Assembly: GCA_034928015.1 (NCBI GenBank)
Contig: JAYFPF010000036.1
Span: forward strand, 15,669-79,668
Direction: 5' to 3'
Length of the DNA stretch: 64,000 nt
From: Paludibacter sp.
Lineage (GTDB): Bacteria > Bacteroidota > Bacteroidia > Bacteroidales > Paludibacteraceae
Each line of letters begins with the position of its first letter. Positions within the stretch are counted from its first letter, which is position 1. Positions 37,459 through 47,946 of this stretch are shown in pieces. The position numbers and the translations under genes are program-made. Below the pieces are notes generated by a model. The model was not told the DNA's origin. It was given only the letters and a program-made list of their open reading frames with translations, and did no database searches.

Positions 37459-38415
37459 ATGAAAACATACACCAACGTTAAAGACCTCGGCAATTTGCAA
37501 GATGCAATTAAAGAGGCATTGGAAATCAAGCAAAACCGTTACGCTTACAAGCACATCGGAGAAAATAAAACCCTGTTGATGGTATTCTTCAACTCGAGTT
37601 TACGTACGCGCCTGAGTACGCAGAAGGCCGGAATGAATCTGGGCATGAACACCATGGTGCTCGACATTAATCAGGGCGCCTGGAAACTGGAAACGGAGCG
37701 GGGAGTAGTGATGGATGGCGATAAACCGGAACACATTCTCGAAGCGATTCCGGTCATGGGCGCCTATTGTGATGTAATCGGAGTGAGAGCTTTCGCGCAA
37801 TTCGAAGACAAAGCTTTCGATTACAGTGAAACCATCATCAACCAGTTTATCAAATACTCAGGTAAACCTGTTTTCAGTATGGAAGCAGCAACAGCACATC
37901 CTTTGCAAGCTTTTGCCGATCTGATTACCATTGAAGAGTATAAAAAAACAGCTCGCCCGAAGGTCGTGCTGACCTGGGCGCCGCATCCGAGAGCATTGCC
38001 ACAAGCGGTGCCCAACTCTTTCGCCGATTTTATGAACGAAGCGGAGGTGGATTTTGTAATTACTCATCCTGAAGGATATGAACTGGCAGAGGAATTTGTA
38101 CGGGGTGCGAAGGTGGAATATAACCAGATGAAGGCTTTCGAAGGTGCTGATTTTATTTATGCTAAAAACTGGGCAGCTTATCAGGATCCCAATTATGGTA
38201 AGATATTGAGCACCGACCGTAACTGGACGGTAAGTGAGCGTCAGATGGCGGTTACCAATAATGCATATTTCATGCATTGCCTGCCGGTACGTCGTAATAT
38301 GATTGTGACCGATGATGTGATTGAGAGTCCGCAATCCATCGTGATACCCGAAGCCGCCAACCGTGAAATTTCAGCACAGGTTGTTATCAAAAGACTATTA
38401 GAGAATAGACTGTAA
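37459..38415 (+). CDS. argF: N-succinylornithine carbamoyltransferase (ArgF' type)
   Basis: FFNSSLRTRLS, DGDKPEH (Pro typical of the succinyl-specific enzyme), HPLQ, TWAPHP, HCLPVRRN. Confidence 0.9.
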   Translation: MKTYTNVKDLGNLQDAIKEALEIKQNRYAYKHIGENKTLLMVFFNSSLRTRLSTQKAGMNLGMNTMVLDINQGAWKLETERGVVMDGDKPEHILEAIPVMGAYCDVIGVRAFAQFEDKAFDYSETIINQFIKYSGKPVFSMEAATAHPLQAFADLITIEEYKKTARPKVVLTWAPHPRALPQAVPNSFADFMNEAEVDFVITHPEGYELAEEFVRGAKVEYNQMKAFEGADFIYAKNWAAYQDPNYGKILSTDRNWTVSERQMAVTNNAYFMHCLPVRRNMIVTDDVIESPQSIVIPEAANREISAQVVIKRLLENRL

Positions 38416-38438
38416 CAAACTAAAAATATTAAAATATA

Positions 38439-38537
38439 ACCATATAAGTCATATAAGCGACATATAAGTTGTATTTACTTTATTACAATTTACAATTTTA
38501 TTAAGAGCTTATATGTCGCTTATATGACTTATATGGT
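38439..38537. repeat. intact ACCATATAAG palindromic element
   Basis: Perfect 30-bp arms ACCATATAAGTCATATAAGCGACATATAAG (38439-38468) and its reverse complement (38508-38537), 39-bp spacer. Confidence 0.92.
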
Positions 38538-38551
38538 AAAAAAACAAAATT

Positions 38552-39076
38552 ATGAATATAGAAAAAGTTATTGCATCTATCAGAAATGTACCCGACTTCC
38601 CCAAACCGGGAATTTTATTTAAAGATATTACCACAGCAATGAAAGATCCGGAGGTTCTGCGTTTCATAGTGGATGAATTGTACGAGTACTACAAGGATAA
38701 AGGGATCACGAAGGTTGTAGGCGTGGAAAGCCGTGGTTTTGTGCTGGGAAGTATTCTGGCTTACAAGCTCGGTGCCGGTTTTGTGTTGTTGCGTAAGCCA
38801 GGAAAATTACCTGCCGATACATATAGATTGGCTTATGATCTGGAATACGGTCAGGATGCACTGGAAATTCACAAAGATGCGATTGAGCCAGGTGATGTTG
38901 TGTTATTGCATGACGATTTGCTGGCAACCGGCGGTAGTGCCGGAGCGGCATTAAAATTACTTGCCAATTTTGATATGAAAGCAGTTTATGTAAGTTTTCT
39001 GATCGAACTTGAATTCCTGAAGGGAAAAGAAAAACTCGAAAATGCTACGGACATTCATTCAATGATTCAATTCTGA
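38552..39076 (+). CDS. apt: adenine phosphoribosyltransferase
   Basis: VPDFPKPGILFKDIT, GVESRGF, LRKPGKLP, YDLEYG, DDLLATGG. Confidence 0.95.
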   Translation: MNIEKVIASIRNVPDFPKPGILFKDITTAMKDPEVLRFIVDELYEYYKDKGITKVVGVESRGFVLGSILAYKLGAGFVLLRKPGKLPADTYRLAYDLEYGQDALEIHKDAIEPGDVVLLHDDLLATGGSAGAALKLLANFDMKAVYVSFLIELEFLKGKEKLENATDIHSMIQF

Positions 39077-39849
39077 TGGAGAAGCTGACACTGATTAAAG
39101 TCGGAGGTAAAATTGTTGAAGAACCGGCTTCTTTACAACAACTCCTGACTGATTTCGCGAAGATAGAGGGGCATAAAGTGCTCGTGCATGGTGGCGGTCG
39201 CTCAGCTACAGCTATGGCTGCCCGGCTCGGAATCGAAAGTAAGATGGTGAATGGGCGCCGCATTACTGACGAGGAGACGCTGAAAGTGGTTACGATGGTT
39301 TATGGCGGATTGGTGAACAAACAAATTGTGGCTGGTTTGCAGGCGCTTGGTGTCAATGCTCTGGGGTTAACCGGTGCCGACCTGAATTACATGCGTTCTG
39401 AAAAACGTCCTGTAAAAGATGTAGATTATGGATTTGTAGGCGATGTGAAAGAAGTAAATGCTCCTATTTTGGCTGATCTGATTGCAAAGGATGTGGTTCC
39501 GGTGCTGGCGCCGCTTACCCATGATAAATCCGGCAATTTATTGAATACTAATGCGGATACCATAGCGGGTGAAGCTGCTAAAGCACTTGCGGCTTATTTT
39601 GATATAACGTTGATGTACTGTTTTGAGAAAAAAGGTGTGCTGAAAGATGAGAATGATGATGATAGTGTGATTGCAGAACTGACTCCTGCGCTCTTTGAAA
39701 GCTATGTTCAATCAGGTGTGATTCAGGGCGGGATGATACCAAAGCTCGAAAATGCCTTTGAGGCCTTGCAGGCCGGTGTGAAGAAAGTGGTAATTACCCG
39801 TGCTGATTTAATTGATAAAGAGGGCGGAACAATTATAATAAATCTGTAG
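39076..39849 (+). CDS. argB: acetylglutamate kinase
   Basis: IKVGG, VHGGG, NGRRITD, NTNADTIA, GGMIPKL. Confidence 0.93.
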   Translation: MEKLTLIKVGGKIVEEPASLQQLLTDFAKIEGHKVLVHGGGRSATAMAARLGIESKMVNGRRITDEETLKVVTMVYGGLVNKQIVAGLQALGVNALGLTGADLNYMRSEKRPVKDVDYGFVGDVKEVNAPILADLIAKDVVPVLAPLTHDKSGNLLNTNADTIAGEAAKALAAYFDITLMYCFEKKGVLKDENDDDSVIAELTPALFESYVQSGVIQGGMIPKLENAFEALQAGVKKVVITRADLIDKEGGTIIINL

Positions 39850-39874
39850 AGGCATTGTGTGCAATGTTTCTACA
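39845..39874. repeat. GTAG-type REP palindrome that supplies the argB stop codon
   Basis: tGTAGAGGCATTGTGTGCAATGTTTCTACa; the TAG at 39847-39849 ends argB. Confidence 0.78.
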
Positions 39875-39928
39875 AAAAACATCACAAAAAATATTATAAA
39901 ACGTCCCGAAAAAATAAATTATAATCGT

Positions 39929-40792
39929 ATGAAAACATCAACATTATTATTGACATTTATTTTCATGATGAATATTGTATATGCACAGGAAAAAATTCTG
40001 TTATATCCCGATGGAGCTGCAGAGTCAAACGGAATTACCGAAGAAGAGCAGTTTCTTCGGAAAGATTTTATGGTAAAGATATCAGAACCGCGGATGTATG
40101 TGTATCCGGCTCCTGCTGAGGTGAACACAGGAACAGCAGTACTAATTTGTCCGGGTGGCGGCTATACCGGTGTCTCTGTTATCAAGGAGGGGGAGGAAAT
40201 TGCGCAATGGTTTAATAAACTGGGCATAACTGCCTTTGTGCTTTATTATCGTATGCCGAACGGTCATCATGAGATTCCATTGAAAGATGCGAAAACGGCA
40301 CTTGAAATCATCCACAAACGTGCCAAAGAATGGAAAATTGACAAAACCAAGATCGGTATCATGGGTTTTTCGGCTGGGGGACATTTGGCTTCTACCGCAG
40401 GAACTCATCTGACTGCTAAAAATAGCCGTCCCGATTTCATGATCCTGGCTTATCCCGTGATCTCGATGCAGCCGGAAATTACACATCGAGGCTCGAAACA
40501 GAATTTGATAGGAAAAACACCTGATGAAGGCCTGGTGAAGTTGTATTCCAATGAATTGCAGGTGACGACAAAAACACCACCGACTTTCCTGTTTCATGCA
40601 GAAGACGATAAGTCAGTTCCTATTCAGAATACTTATTTATTTGCAGAAGCCTTGAAATTGAAAAAAGTACCGGTTGAAGTTTACACGTTTCCTGAGGGTG
40701 GTCACGGTATTGGTATGCGTCCTACAAATCCCGAAGCCGACAAATGGCCGGTGATGTTGGAAAATTGGATGAAAAAACAAAAATTGATTTAA
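39929..40792 (+). CDS. secreted alpha/beta hydrolase (BD-FAE/esterase-like)
   Basis: ATG 39929 gives signal IVYA|Q; ICPGGGY, GFSAGGHLA, HAEDD, GGHG. Confidence 0.87.
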   Translation: MKTSTLLLTFIFMMNIVYAQEKILLYPDGAAESNGITEEEQFLRKDFMVKISEPRMYVYPAPAEVNTGTAVLICPGGGYTGVSVIKEGEEIAQWFNKLGITAFVLYYRMPNGHHEIPLKDAKTALEIIHKRAKEWKIDKTKIGIMGFSAGGHLASTAGTHLTAKNSRPDFMILAYPVISMQPEITHRGSKQNLIGKTPDEGLVKLYSNELQVTTKTPPTFLFHAEDDKSVPIQNTYLFAEALKLKKVPVEVYTFPEGGHGIGMRPTNPEADKWPVMLENWMKKQKLI

Positions 40793-40800
40793 TGATAATC

Positions 40801-40828
40801 GTAGAGACATTGCATGCAATGTCTCTAT
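40801..40828. repeat. GTAG-type REP palindrome
   Basis: GTAGAGACATTGCATGCAATGTCTCTAT; same family as 39845-39874. Confidence 0.82.
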
Positions 40829-40875
40829 ATATTATAATTCATGCAATTTTTTTAGAAAAAACGAATTAAGAAATT

Positions 40876-41934
40876 ATGTATCAGGAATACACACAAGAAG
40901 CAACCATCTTGCTGAAAAATATCATCGCTATCCCTTCTTTCAGTAAGGAAGAGAGAAAAGTGGCAGATTTACTGGAGCGTTACATTGAGCTGCAGGGTTA
41001 CGCTGTGTCCCGCAAGGATAACAATATTTGGTTGATGAGTCCGGGTTTTGATCCTGCGCGACCGACCTTGCTGTTGTGTTCGCATATTGATACGGTTAAA
41101 CCGGTTGCAGGGTGGACACATGATCCTTTCCTGCCGGTGGTGGAAAATGGAAAATTGTTTGGTTTGGGCAGCAATGACGCGGGTGCTTCGGTAGTGACTC
41201 TATTGCAGGTTTTCTTTATTTTATCACAAAAAAAGCAAAACTACAACCTGATTTATGCTGCAGTGGCCGAGGAGGAAATCTCCGGAGAAAAAGGTGTCAG
41301 CAGCTTGTTGCAGGAACTTCCGCATATAGACTTTGCAGTTGTCGGCGAACCGACCGGTATGCATCTGGCTGTTGCTGAAAAAGGACTGATGGTTTTAGAT
41401 TGTGTAGCGTATGGTAAGTCAGGTCATGCCGCTCGCAATGAGGGAGATAACGCTATCTATAAAGCGTTGGAAGATATAATCTGGTTCAAAGAATTTATTT
41501 TCCCAGAGCAGACAGCGTTTCTGGGTCCGGTAAAAATGACTGTAACCCAGATTAATGCCGGCACACAGCACAATGTAGTGCCAGATCTGTGTTCTTTTGT
41601 GGTCGATGTTCGTTCCAATGAGATGTACAACAACCAGGAACTGCTCGAAATTATCATGCAAAAGGTAAATTGCACGGTTACCGCCCGTTCAACCCGCCTC
41701 AGCTCTACGGCTACACCGCTTGATCATCCCATTGTCGGACAGGGGAAAGTGCTGGGACGTAAATTGTTTGGCTCGCCTACTTTGTCCGATCAGGCGCTCC
41801 TTCCTTTTCCAAGCGTAAAAATTGGTCCGGGAGATTCTTCCCGTTCCCATACAGCTAATGAATATGTACTGCTGAAAGAAATTGAAGAGGCGATAGAAGT
41901 GTATGTGGAAATACTTGATGGTGTTCAAATGTGA
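40876..41934 (+). CDS. argE: M20 metallohydrolase, ArgE-like (acyl-ornithine/citrulline deacylase)
   Basis: SHIDTV, GSNDAGAS, EEE, GEPT, GHAA, HTANE; lies in an arg gene cluster. Confidence 0.75.
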   Translation: MYQEYTQEATILLKNIIAIPSFSKEERKVADLLERYIELQGYAVSRKDNNIWLMSPGFDPARPTLLLCSHIDTVKPVAGWTHDPFLPVVENGKLFGLGSNDAGASVVTLLQVFFILSQKKQNYNLIYAAVAEEEISGEKGVSSLLQELPHIDFAVVGEPTGMHLAVAEKGLMVLDCVAYGKSGHAARNEGDNAIYKALEDIIWFKEFIFPEQTAFLGPVKMTVTQINAGTQHNVVPDLCSFVVDVRSNEMYNNQELLEIIMQKVNCTVTARSTRLSSTATPLDHPIVGQGKVLGRKLFGSPTLSDQALLPFPSVKIGPGDSSRSHTANEYVLLKEIEEAIEVYVEILDGVQM

Positions 41935-41961
41935 AAATTTTCTATTCCCGTCGTAATTTTG

Positions 41962-41969
41962 TATTTTTG
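41962..41969 (+). promoter_or_regulatory. -7 box upstream of ruvB
   Basis: TATTTTTG. Confidence 0.55.
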
Positions 41970-42036
41970 CAATTAAGACAATCGAAAGACAATCCATTTA
42001 TCTGAACTGCCTCTGGAAAGCATTATACATTATATT

Positions 42037-43053
42037 ATGCAGGAAAATTTTGACATAAGAAACAATCGCAACGGAGAAAAAGAGTTTGAAAATTCTCTCC
42101 GGCCATTGACGTTTTCTGATTTCAGAGGACAAAGCAAGATTGTGGATAACCTGAAAATTTTTGTCCAGGCTGCCCGGATGCGCACGGAATCGCTGGATCA
42201 TGTGTTGTTGCATGGCCCTCCGGGACTAGGCAAAACGACCTTGTCGAATATTATTGCCAACGAGTTGAATGTCGGATTTAAAATAACTTCCGGACCGGTG
42301 CTTGATAAACCCGGTGATTTAGCCGGATTGCTAACAAGCCTGGAAACCAACGATGTACTCTTTATTGATGAGATACACCGACTTAGTCCGATTGTAGAGG
42401 AATACCTCTATTCGGCTATGGAAGATTACCGCATTGACATCATGATTGATAAAGGTCCGTCTGCACGCTCCATTCAACTCGAACTAAATCCGTTTACACT
42501 GATTGGAGCTACTACCCGGAGTGGGTTGTTGACAGCTCCTCTGCGTGCACGATTTGGTATCAATTGTCATTTCGAGTATTACGATATTGATGTGATTACC
42601 CATATTATCAAACGTTCAGCAGGTCTGTTACAGGTGCCTATTAAAGAAAACGCTGCCCGCGAAATCGGAGGAAGAAGTCGTGGTACGCCCCGTATTGCCA
42701 ACGCGCTGCTGCGTCGTGTACGTGATTTCGCGCAAGTCAAAGGATCTGGAGAAATAGACCTTGAAATTGCCCGTTATGCACTTGAAGCGCTGAATATTGA
42801 TAAATACGGTTTGGACGAAATAGATAATAAGATCCTGACCACTATCATCGATAAATTCAGTGGAGGACCCGTTGGATTGAATACCATAGCAACCGCTTTG
42901 GGCGAAGATCCTGGGACAATCGAAGAAGTCTATGAGCCTTTCCTCATCAAAGAAGGCTTTATGAAACGAACACCCCGGGGAAGGGAAGTCACAGATTTGG
43001 CATATAAACATTTAGGGAAAATTAAATTCGGAGAAACAGGAACATTGTTTTAA
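42037..43053 (+). CDS. ruvB: Holliday junction branch-migration helicase RuvB
   Basis: [49 protein letters not shown]. Confidence 0.98.
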   Translation: MQENFDIRNNRNGEKEFENSLRPLTFSDFRGQSKIVDNLKIFVQAARMRTESLDHVLLHGPPGLGKTTLSNIIANELNVGFKITSGPVLDKPGDLAGLLTSLETNDVLFIDEIHRLSPIVEEYLYSAMEDYRIDIMIDKGPSARSIQLELNPFTLIGATTRSGLLTAPLRARFGINCHFEYYDIDVITHIIKRSAGLLQVPIKENAAREIGGRSRGTPRIANALLRRVRDFAQVKGSGEIDLEIARYALEALNIDKYGLDEIDNKILTTIIDKFSGGPVGLNTIATALGEDPGTIEEVYEPFLIKEGFMKRTPRGREVTDLAYKHLGKIKFGETGTLF

Positions 43054-43059
43054 ATCCTT

Positions 43060-44526
43060 ATGGAACATACATTATATATATACAACACATTAACCCGTAA
43101 AAAGGAGCAGTTTATCCCTATTCACGAACCCAATGTAGGACTTTATGTCTGCGGTCCGACTGTTTATGGCGATCCGCATCTGGGACATGCCCGTCCGGCA
43201 ATTACCTTCGATATCCTTTTCAGGTATCTCAAGCATCTGGGATATAAAGTTCGCTATGTCAGAAACATCACGGATGTAGGTCACCTCGAAAATGATGCTG
43301 ATGAAGGGGAAGATAAAGTTGCCAAAAAAGCCCGCCTCGACCAGTTGGAACCAATGGAAGTTGTGCAGTATTATCTGAATCGCTATCACAAAGCAATGGA
43401 AGCCCTGAATGTGTTGCCTCCCAGTATCGAACCGCATGCATCAGGACATATCATGGAGCAGATTGAGTTTACACAGAAAATTCTGGATGCAGGCTATGCT
43501 TATGAAAGTGAAGGTTCTGTTTATTTTGATGTGGAGAAGTATAACCGTGATTATCGATATGGAAAATTATCCGGCAGGAATATTGACGAAATGCTTGAAA
43601 CTACCCGTGATTTAGACGGACAGGGCGAAAAACGCCGCAGTGTAGATTTTGCTTTGTGGAAAAAAGCTTCTCCGGAACATATCATGCGCTGGAAAGCCCC
43701 CTGGAGTGAAGGTTTCCCAGGATGGCATATGGAGTGTTCTGCTATGGGAACGAAATACCTGGGAGAAGAATTCGATATTCATGGAGGTGGAATGGACCTG
43801 ATGTTCCCGCATCACGAATGTGAGATTGCCCAATCGTGTGCTGCTCTTGGTAAGGATTCGGTCAAATATTGGATGCATAACAACATGATTACCATCAACG
43901 GACAGAAAATGGGCAAGTCACTGGGGAATTTTATCACGCTTGAAGAATTCTTCACCGGCAATCATGCCCTGCTAACAAAGGCTTTTAGTCCGATGACCAT
44001 CCGGTTTTTTATCCTGCAGGCGCACTATCGTAGTACGGTCGATTTCAGCAGTGAAGCGCTTGAAGCTTCTGAAAAAGGGTTTGAAAGACTTATAGAAGGA
44101 TATGTGCGATTGCAAAAATTACAGGCATCAGCAACTTCTTCAGTAAATATCTCCGAAGTAAGAAGAAAATGTGAAGATGCCATGGCAGACGATCTGAATA
44201 CGCCGATGGTTATATCAGCCTTGTTCGATGCTTTGCGTTCCGTTAATCTGGTACATGATGGCAAAGAAACAATTAGTCAGGCTGACTTATTTGAATTGCA
44301 GTCTGTTTTCAAACTTTATATCGAAGATTTACTTGGATTGCAGTCAGAGTCGGCATCGGCAAACGGTACAGAAGCTTATCAAAAAGCGGTTGATTTATTA
44401 TTGAATATCCGCCTGGAAGCGAAAAAGAACAAAGATTGGGCAACCAGTGACAAAATACGAAATGAGTTAACCGCCATGGGCTTTGAAATCAAAGATACCA
44501 AAGATGGCTTTGAATGGAAGTTGTAA
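43060..44526 (+). CDS. cysS: cysteinyl-tRNA synthetase
   Basis: [12 protein letters not shown] (HIGH), PGWHMEC, HGGG.DL.FPHHECE, KMGKS. Confidence 0.98.
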   Translation: MEHTLYIYNTLTRKKEQFIPIHEPNVGLYVCGPTVYGDPHLGHARPAITFDILFRYLKHLGYKVRYVRNITDVGHLENDADEGEDKVAKKARLDQLEPMEVVQYYLNRYHKAMEALNVLPPSIEPHASGHIMEQIEFTQKILDAGYAYESEGSVYFDVEKYNRDYRYGKLSGRNIDEMLETTRDLDGQGEKRRSVDFALWKKASPEHIMRWKAPWSEGFPGWHMECSAMGTKYLGEEFDIHGGGMDLMFPHHECEIAQSCAALGKDSVKYWMHNNMITINGQKMGKSLGNFITLEEFFTGNHALLTKAFSPMTIRFFILQAHYRSTVDFSSEALEASEKGFERLIEGYVRLQKLQASATSSVNISEVRRKCEDAMADDLNTPMVISALFDALRSVNLVHDGKETISQADLFELQSVFKLYIEDLLGLQSESASANGTEAYQKAVDLLLNIRLEAKKNKDWATSDKIRNELTAMGFEIKDTKDGFEWKL

Positions 44527-44536
44527 TCTTACCGAT

Positions 44537-44573
44537 GAAAAAGCAATTTGCATTTTTTGCAAATTGCTTTTTC
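44537..44573. terminator. hairpin after cysS
   Basis: GAAAAAGCAATTTGCA-ttttt-TGCAAATTGCTTTTTC. Confidence 0.7.
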
Positions 44574-44619
44574 TGATAGTCAAGATATGTCAAGAAGATG
44601 TTTGAGGAACAGGAACTTA

Positions 44620-44858
44620 ACGGAAATTATACAAGCGCTATTTCAGATTCATTCAGGTTGGATATCGAAAAACACAATGCCCAATACGAGCTGGTTGAAG
44701 TGTGTGTATTTAAAGAATCACATGACAGATTTTTAATTATAGATCAGGATGTGGTATATCATATAGGCGCCTCGTTGAAAGACCTGGCGAAGAAATGGTT
44801 TGCATTTTCAAAAATGAAGTTAAATGCAAGCGAACTAATCAGTAAAATAAACAAATAA
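44620..44858 (+). pseudogene. C-terminal remnant of an ORF6N/RhuM-type DNA-binding protein
   Basis: LDIEKHNAQY...SHDRFLIID...YHIGASLKDLAKKWFAFSKM resembles the C-terminal domain of those families; no N-terminal domain is present. Confidence 0.6.
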
Positions 44859-44860
44859 AA

Positions 44861-45226
44861 ATGGAATCGAAAAGACAAGAGAAAATAGCCCGGATGCTTC
44901 AAAAGGAGTTGGGCGAAATTTTTATGCTTTATGCAAAAAAGTTACATGGAACGCTTATCAGTGTTACCAGGGTAAAGGTGAGTCCGGATTTGAGTGTAAC
45001 TCACATCAGTCTGAGTATATTTCCGGGTGATAAAACTTCAGAGGTTCTGGAACAGGTGAAACAGGATACTAAATCGATTCGTTTCGAACTGGGAAAAAGA
45101 GTTAGTAATCTGAGGATTATACCGGAGTTGAATTTCCACTTGGATGATTCTCTGGATTATCTGGAGAATATCGACCGGTTGTTAAAGAGTGATCCGCCGT
45201 CTCCAGTATCAGAAAAAGAAAATTGA
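44861..45226 (+). CDS. rbfA: ribosome-binding factor A
   Basis: RQEKI...VKVSPDLS...IRFELGKR...IPELNFHLDDSLDY. Confidence 0.95.
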   Translation: MESKRQEKIARMLQKELGEIFMLYAKKLHGTLISVTRVKVSPDLSVTHISLSIFPGDKTSEVLEQVKQDTKSIRFELGKRVSNLRIIPELNFHLDDSLDYLENIDRLLKSDPPSPVSEKEN

Positions 45227-46485
45227 AAGAAAAAACTAATATAGCAGTTCACGCAGGCCGATTGAAATTCGCGTTCAATATGGCCGGCCGTTATCTTTTT
45301 TCGAAGAAATCCCATAATGCCATTAATGTAATTTCCGGAATTTCTTCGGTGGGCGTGGCTGTTGGAACTATGGCGCTGGTTTTTGTCCTATCCATTTTCA
45401 ATGGCTTCGAATTGCTTTTTTCTGATTTATTTTCCGCATTCGACCCGGAACTGAAGATTACACTGAATGAAGGAAAACAATTCAAAGCAGATTCACCGGA
45501 ATTTGAGGCTGTCAGAAAACATCAGGCAGTAGCGGTTTTTACTGAAGTAATAGAGGAAAACGCTTTGTTGAGATTCAAAGAAAAGCAAATGCCTGCCATG
45601 ATTAAAGGGGTTTCTGAAGATTTCAAACAAATGACCCGTATCGACAGCATCATGTTCGATGGCGAATTTATACTGTTTGATGGAGCCTTTGAACGATCGG
45701 TGGCAGGAGCAGGAATTGCAGTAACGCTAGGATTAGGCGCACATTTCATAGATCCTTTGTATATTTATGCTCCAAAGCGGACATCCCGTATTAATCTGTT
45801 GCGGCCGGAACAAAGTTTTAATCAGTCGGCAACTTTTCTTTCCGGCGTGTTTTCCGTACAACAAAGTGAATACGATAATCAATATGTGTTGGTCTCGCTG
45901 AATCTGGCGCGGGAGCTTTTTGAATATGAGGATGCAGAAGTGACGGCTGTTGAATTGAAATTGACTCCTCAGGCCGATGGAAAGAAGATTCAGAAGGAAA
46001 TAAAACAAATATTGGGAGATGATTTCTCGGTGAAAAACAGGTATGAACAGCAGGAAAGCTATTTTAAAATCATGAAGATTGAGAAATGGATTACCTTTCT
46101 AATCCTGAGTTTTATCTTGTTAATAGCCAGTTTCAATATTATAGGTTCTCTATCGATGCTGATAATAGATAAAAAAGAAGACATCAACACATTACGTAAT
46201 TTGGGGGCGGATAACCGCCTTATTAAACAAATTTTTTTACTGGAAGGTTGGATGATCTCGTTGGTGGGAGCGGTTGCCGGAGTTATTATTGGTACAAGTT
46301 TTTCGCTTTTACAGGAAAAAATAGGTTTTATCAAACTGGGTGCCGGTTTTATTGTTGAGAATTATCCTTCGGTAACACAATTTTCCGATGTTTTTTTAGT
46401 TTTAATAACCGTACTGGTGATTGGTTTTATTGCCGCCTGGTACCCGGTCAGATACATCAAAACCGATATCAATAAAACAGCATAA
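45223..46485 (+). CDS. FtsX/LolC-E-like ABC permease (start may be ATG 45280)
   Basis: RYLFSKKSHNAINVIS, LSIFNGF, IASFNIIGSLSML...KKEDI..L..LGA, IFLLEG. Confidence 0.9.
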   Translation: MKEKTNIAVHAGRLKFAFNMAGRYLFSKKSHNAINVISGISSVGVAVGTMALVFVLSIFNGFELLFSDLFSAFDPELKITLNEGKQFKADSPEFEAVRKHQAVAVFTEVIEENALLRFKEKQMPAMIKGVSEDFKQMTRIDSIMFDGEFILFDGAFERSVAGAGIAVTLGLGAHFIDPLYIYAPKRTSRINLLRPEQSFNQSATFLSGVFSVQQSEYDNQYVLVSLNLARELFEYEDAEVTAVELKLTPQADGKKIQKEIKQILGDDFSVKNRYEQQESYFKIMKIEKWITFLILSFILLIASFNIIGSLSMLIIDKKEDINTLRNLGADNRLIKQIFLLEGWMISLVGAVAGVIIGTSFSLLQEKIGFIKLGAGFIVENYPSVTQFSDVFLVLITVLVIGFIAAWYPVRYIKTDINKTA

Positions 46486-46513
46486 TGCAGAAACAGTTTT
46501 ATGTATATTTTTT

Positions 46514-47946
46514 CATTAGTGTCCGGTAAAGATAAAAAGAAATAGCAAAAAAAAGAGGGAACCTCCGAAGAAATCCCCTCTGATGTTTTAATTTTGTTTT
46601 GCAACTCAAAATTAAACATCATGGGCAAAGATACAAATTTTATCGGACAGCCGATCTTGGGACAGTTATTAAGTTTTTTGGATAAAGGAAAAATAAGGAA
46701 AGCCTCCAAGGCGTTGAAGGCAGACAGATATGTAAAGCGATTTGATAGCTATACGCATGTAGTTGTGATGTTGTTTGCTGTTTTCGAGGGATACCATTCC
46801 ATACGCGACACAGTGTTGGGCTTGTTATCTAATACAGTAAAGCTGCAACATTTAGGGCTGGATTATGTTGTTCGTCGTTCAACCTTCTCAGATGCCAATC
46901 ATCGTCGGCCTCATAAGCTGTTTGAACAAGTGTATTATCAAACATACGATGCACATAAGCATGTTTTATCGGACAGCCAACTGAGCAAAAAGGATATGAG
47001 GCGTTTGTATATCATGGATTCAACCACCATTACCCTGTTCAAGGATATTCTTAAGGGTGTTGGACGGAATCCTGAGAACGGGAAGAAAAAGGGTGGTATC
47101 AAGGCACATACGATCATTAATTCACAGGACAGTATGCCGTGTTTTGTCCGTTATACCGAATCAGCCCGGCATGACCATGTATTATTGAAGGATGTAGATT
47201 TGCCTGAGCATTCGTTCATCTGCTTTGATAAGGGTTATGTTGACTATGCACAGTATGATGTGTTCACATCGCGAAAGATATGGTATGTAACCCGTTTGAA
47301 GGATAATGCACTTTATCAGGCAAAACAAGAATTTGACATTCCCGATGATGTCCACGCGGGTGTATTAAAAGATGAAGAGATAGAGTTGTTTTATGGTGAG
47401 AACAAGCAACAGATACACAGAGCCAGAAGAATTGCATTTTGGGATGATGAAAATAATCGGGTATTTGAGTTTATCACCAATAATTTTGAATTGTCAGCCG
47501 ATGAGATAGCGCTGATCTACAAGAAAAGATGGCAAATTGAACTTCTGTTTAAACAATTAAAGCAGAACTTTCCGTTGAAATATTTTTTCGGTGACAATGA
47601 AAATGCGATTATCATACAAATATGGTCGGCTATGATTGCCAATCTGCTGCTAACCATATTACGAAGTAAAATAAAGAAAAAATGGGCGTTTTCAAACATG
47701 ATGTCTATCGTAAGATATCAACTGATGAGTTATATTAACGTATATGCTTTCTTTGAAGATCCGGAAAAAGCCTGGAGAAAGAAAATTGCTGAAGAAAAGG
47801 AACGTGAGAAATACAGGCAGGCTGATCCACAGCAATCTCTTTTCCCTTTACAGGGGGCTTGCTTTTGAAAATTAAAGAAAAACGGGCATCAATTGCCCTG
47901 TTTATGTTAGAATAAAAATAAATACCGGTTTTACCGGACAACAATG
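46514..47946 (+). mobile_element. IS4-family insertion sequence with no target duplication
   Basis: IRL CATTAGTGTCCGGTAAA (46514-46530), IRR TTTACCGGACAACAATG (47930-47946), 15/17 match. Flanks ATATTTTTT and AAAAATAAT are not direct repeats. Confidence 0.92.
46621..47868 (+). CDS. IS4-family transposase (DUF4372 + DDE)
   Basis: MDSTTI, FDKGY, YKKRWQIELLFKQLKQ. ATG 46621 follows the hairpin GATGTTTTAATTTTG...CAAAATTAAACATC. Confidence 0.93.
   Translation: MGKDTNFIGQPILGQLLSFLDKGKIRKASKALKADRYVKRFDSYTHVVVMLFAVFEGYHSIRDTVLGLLSNTVKLQHLGLDYVVRRSTFSDANHRRPHKLFEQVYYQTYDAHKHVLSDSQLSKKDMRRLYIMDSTTITLFKDILKGVGRNPENGKKKGGIKAHTIINSQDSMPCFVRYTESARHDHVLLKDVDLPEHSFICFDKGYVDYAQYDVFTSRKIWYVTRLKDNALYQAKQEFDIPDDVHAGVLKDEEIELFYGENKQQIHRARRIAFWDDENNRVFEFITNNFELSADEIALIYKKRWQIELLFKQLKQNFPLKYFFGDNENAIIIQIWSAMIANLLLTILRSKIKKKWAFSNMMSIVRYQLMSYINVYAFFEDPEKAWRKKIAEEKEREKYRQADPQQSLFPLQGACF

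Noticed and set aside
28201-38537. ACCATATAAG repeats or heptamer arrays as a CRISPR array
   Set aside because: Copies are inverted or dispersed, lack regular repeat-spacer periodicity, and no cas genes are present.
37459-41934. apt inside the arg cluster as a novel pathway link
   Set aside because: All genes are ordinary housekeeping enzymes; adjacency alone gives no mechanistic signal.
44535-44576. Phe-rich mini-ORF MKKQFAFFANCFF as an attenuator leader
   Set aside because: Its composition follows from the A/T palindrome, and no Phe-related gene lies downstream.
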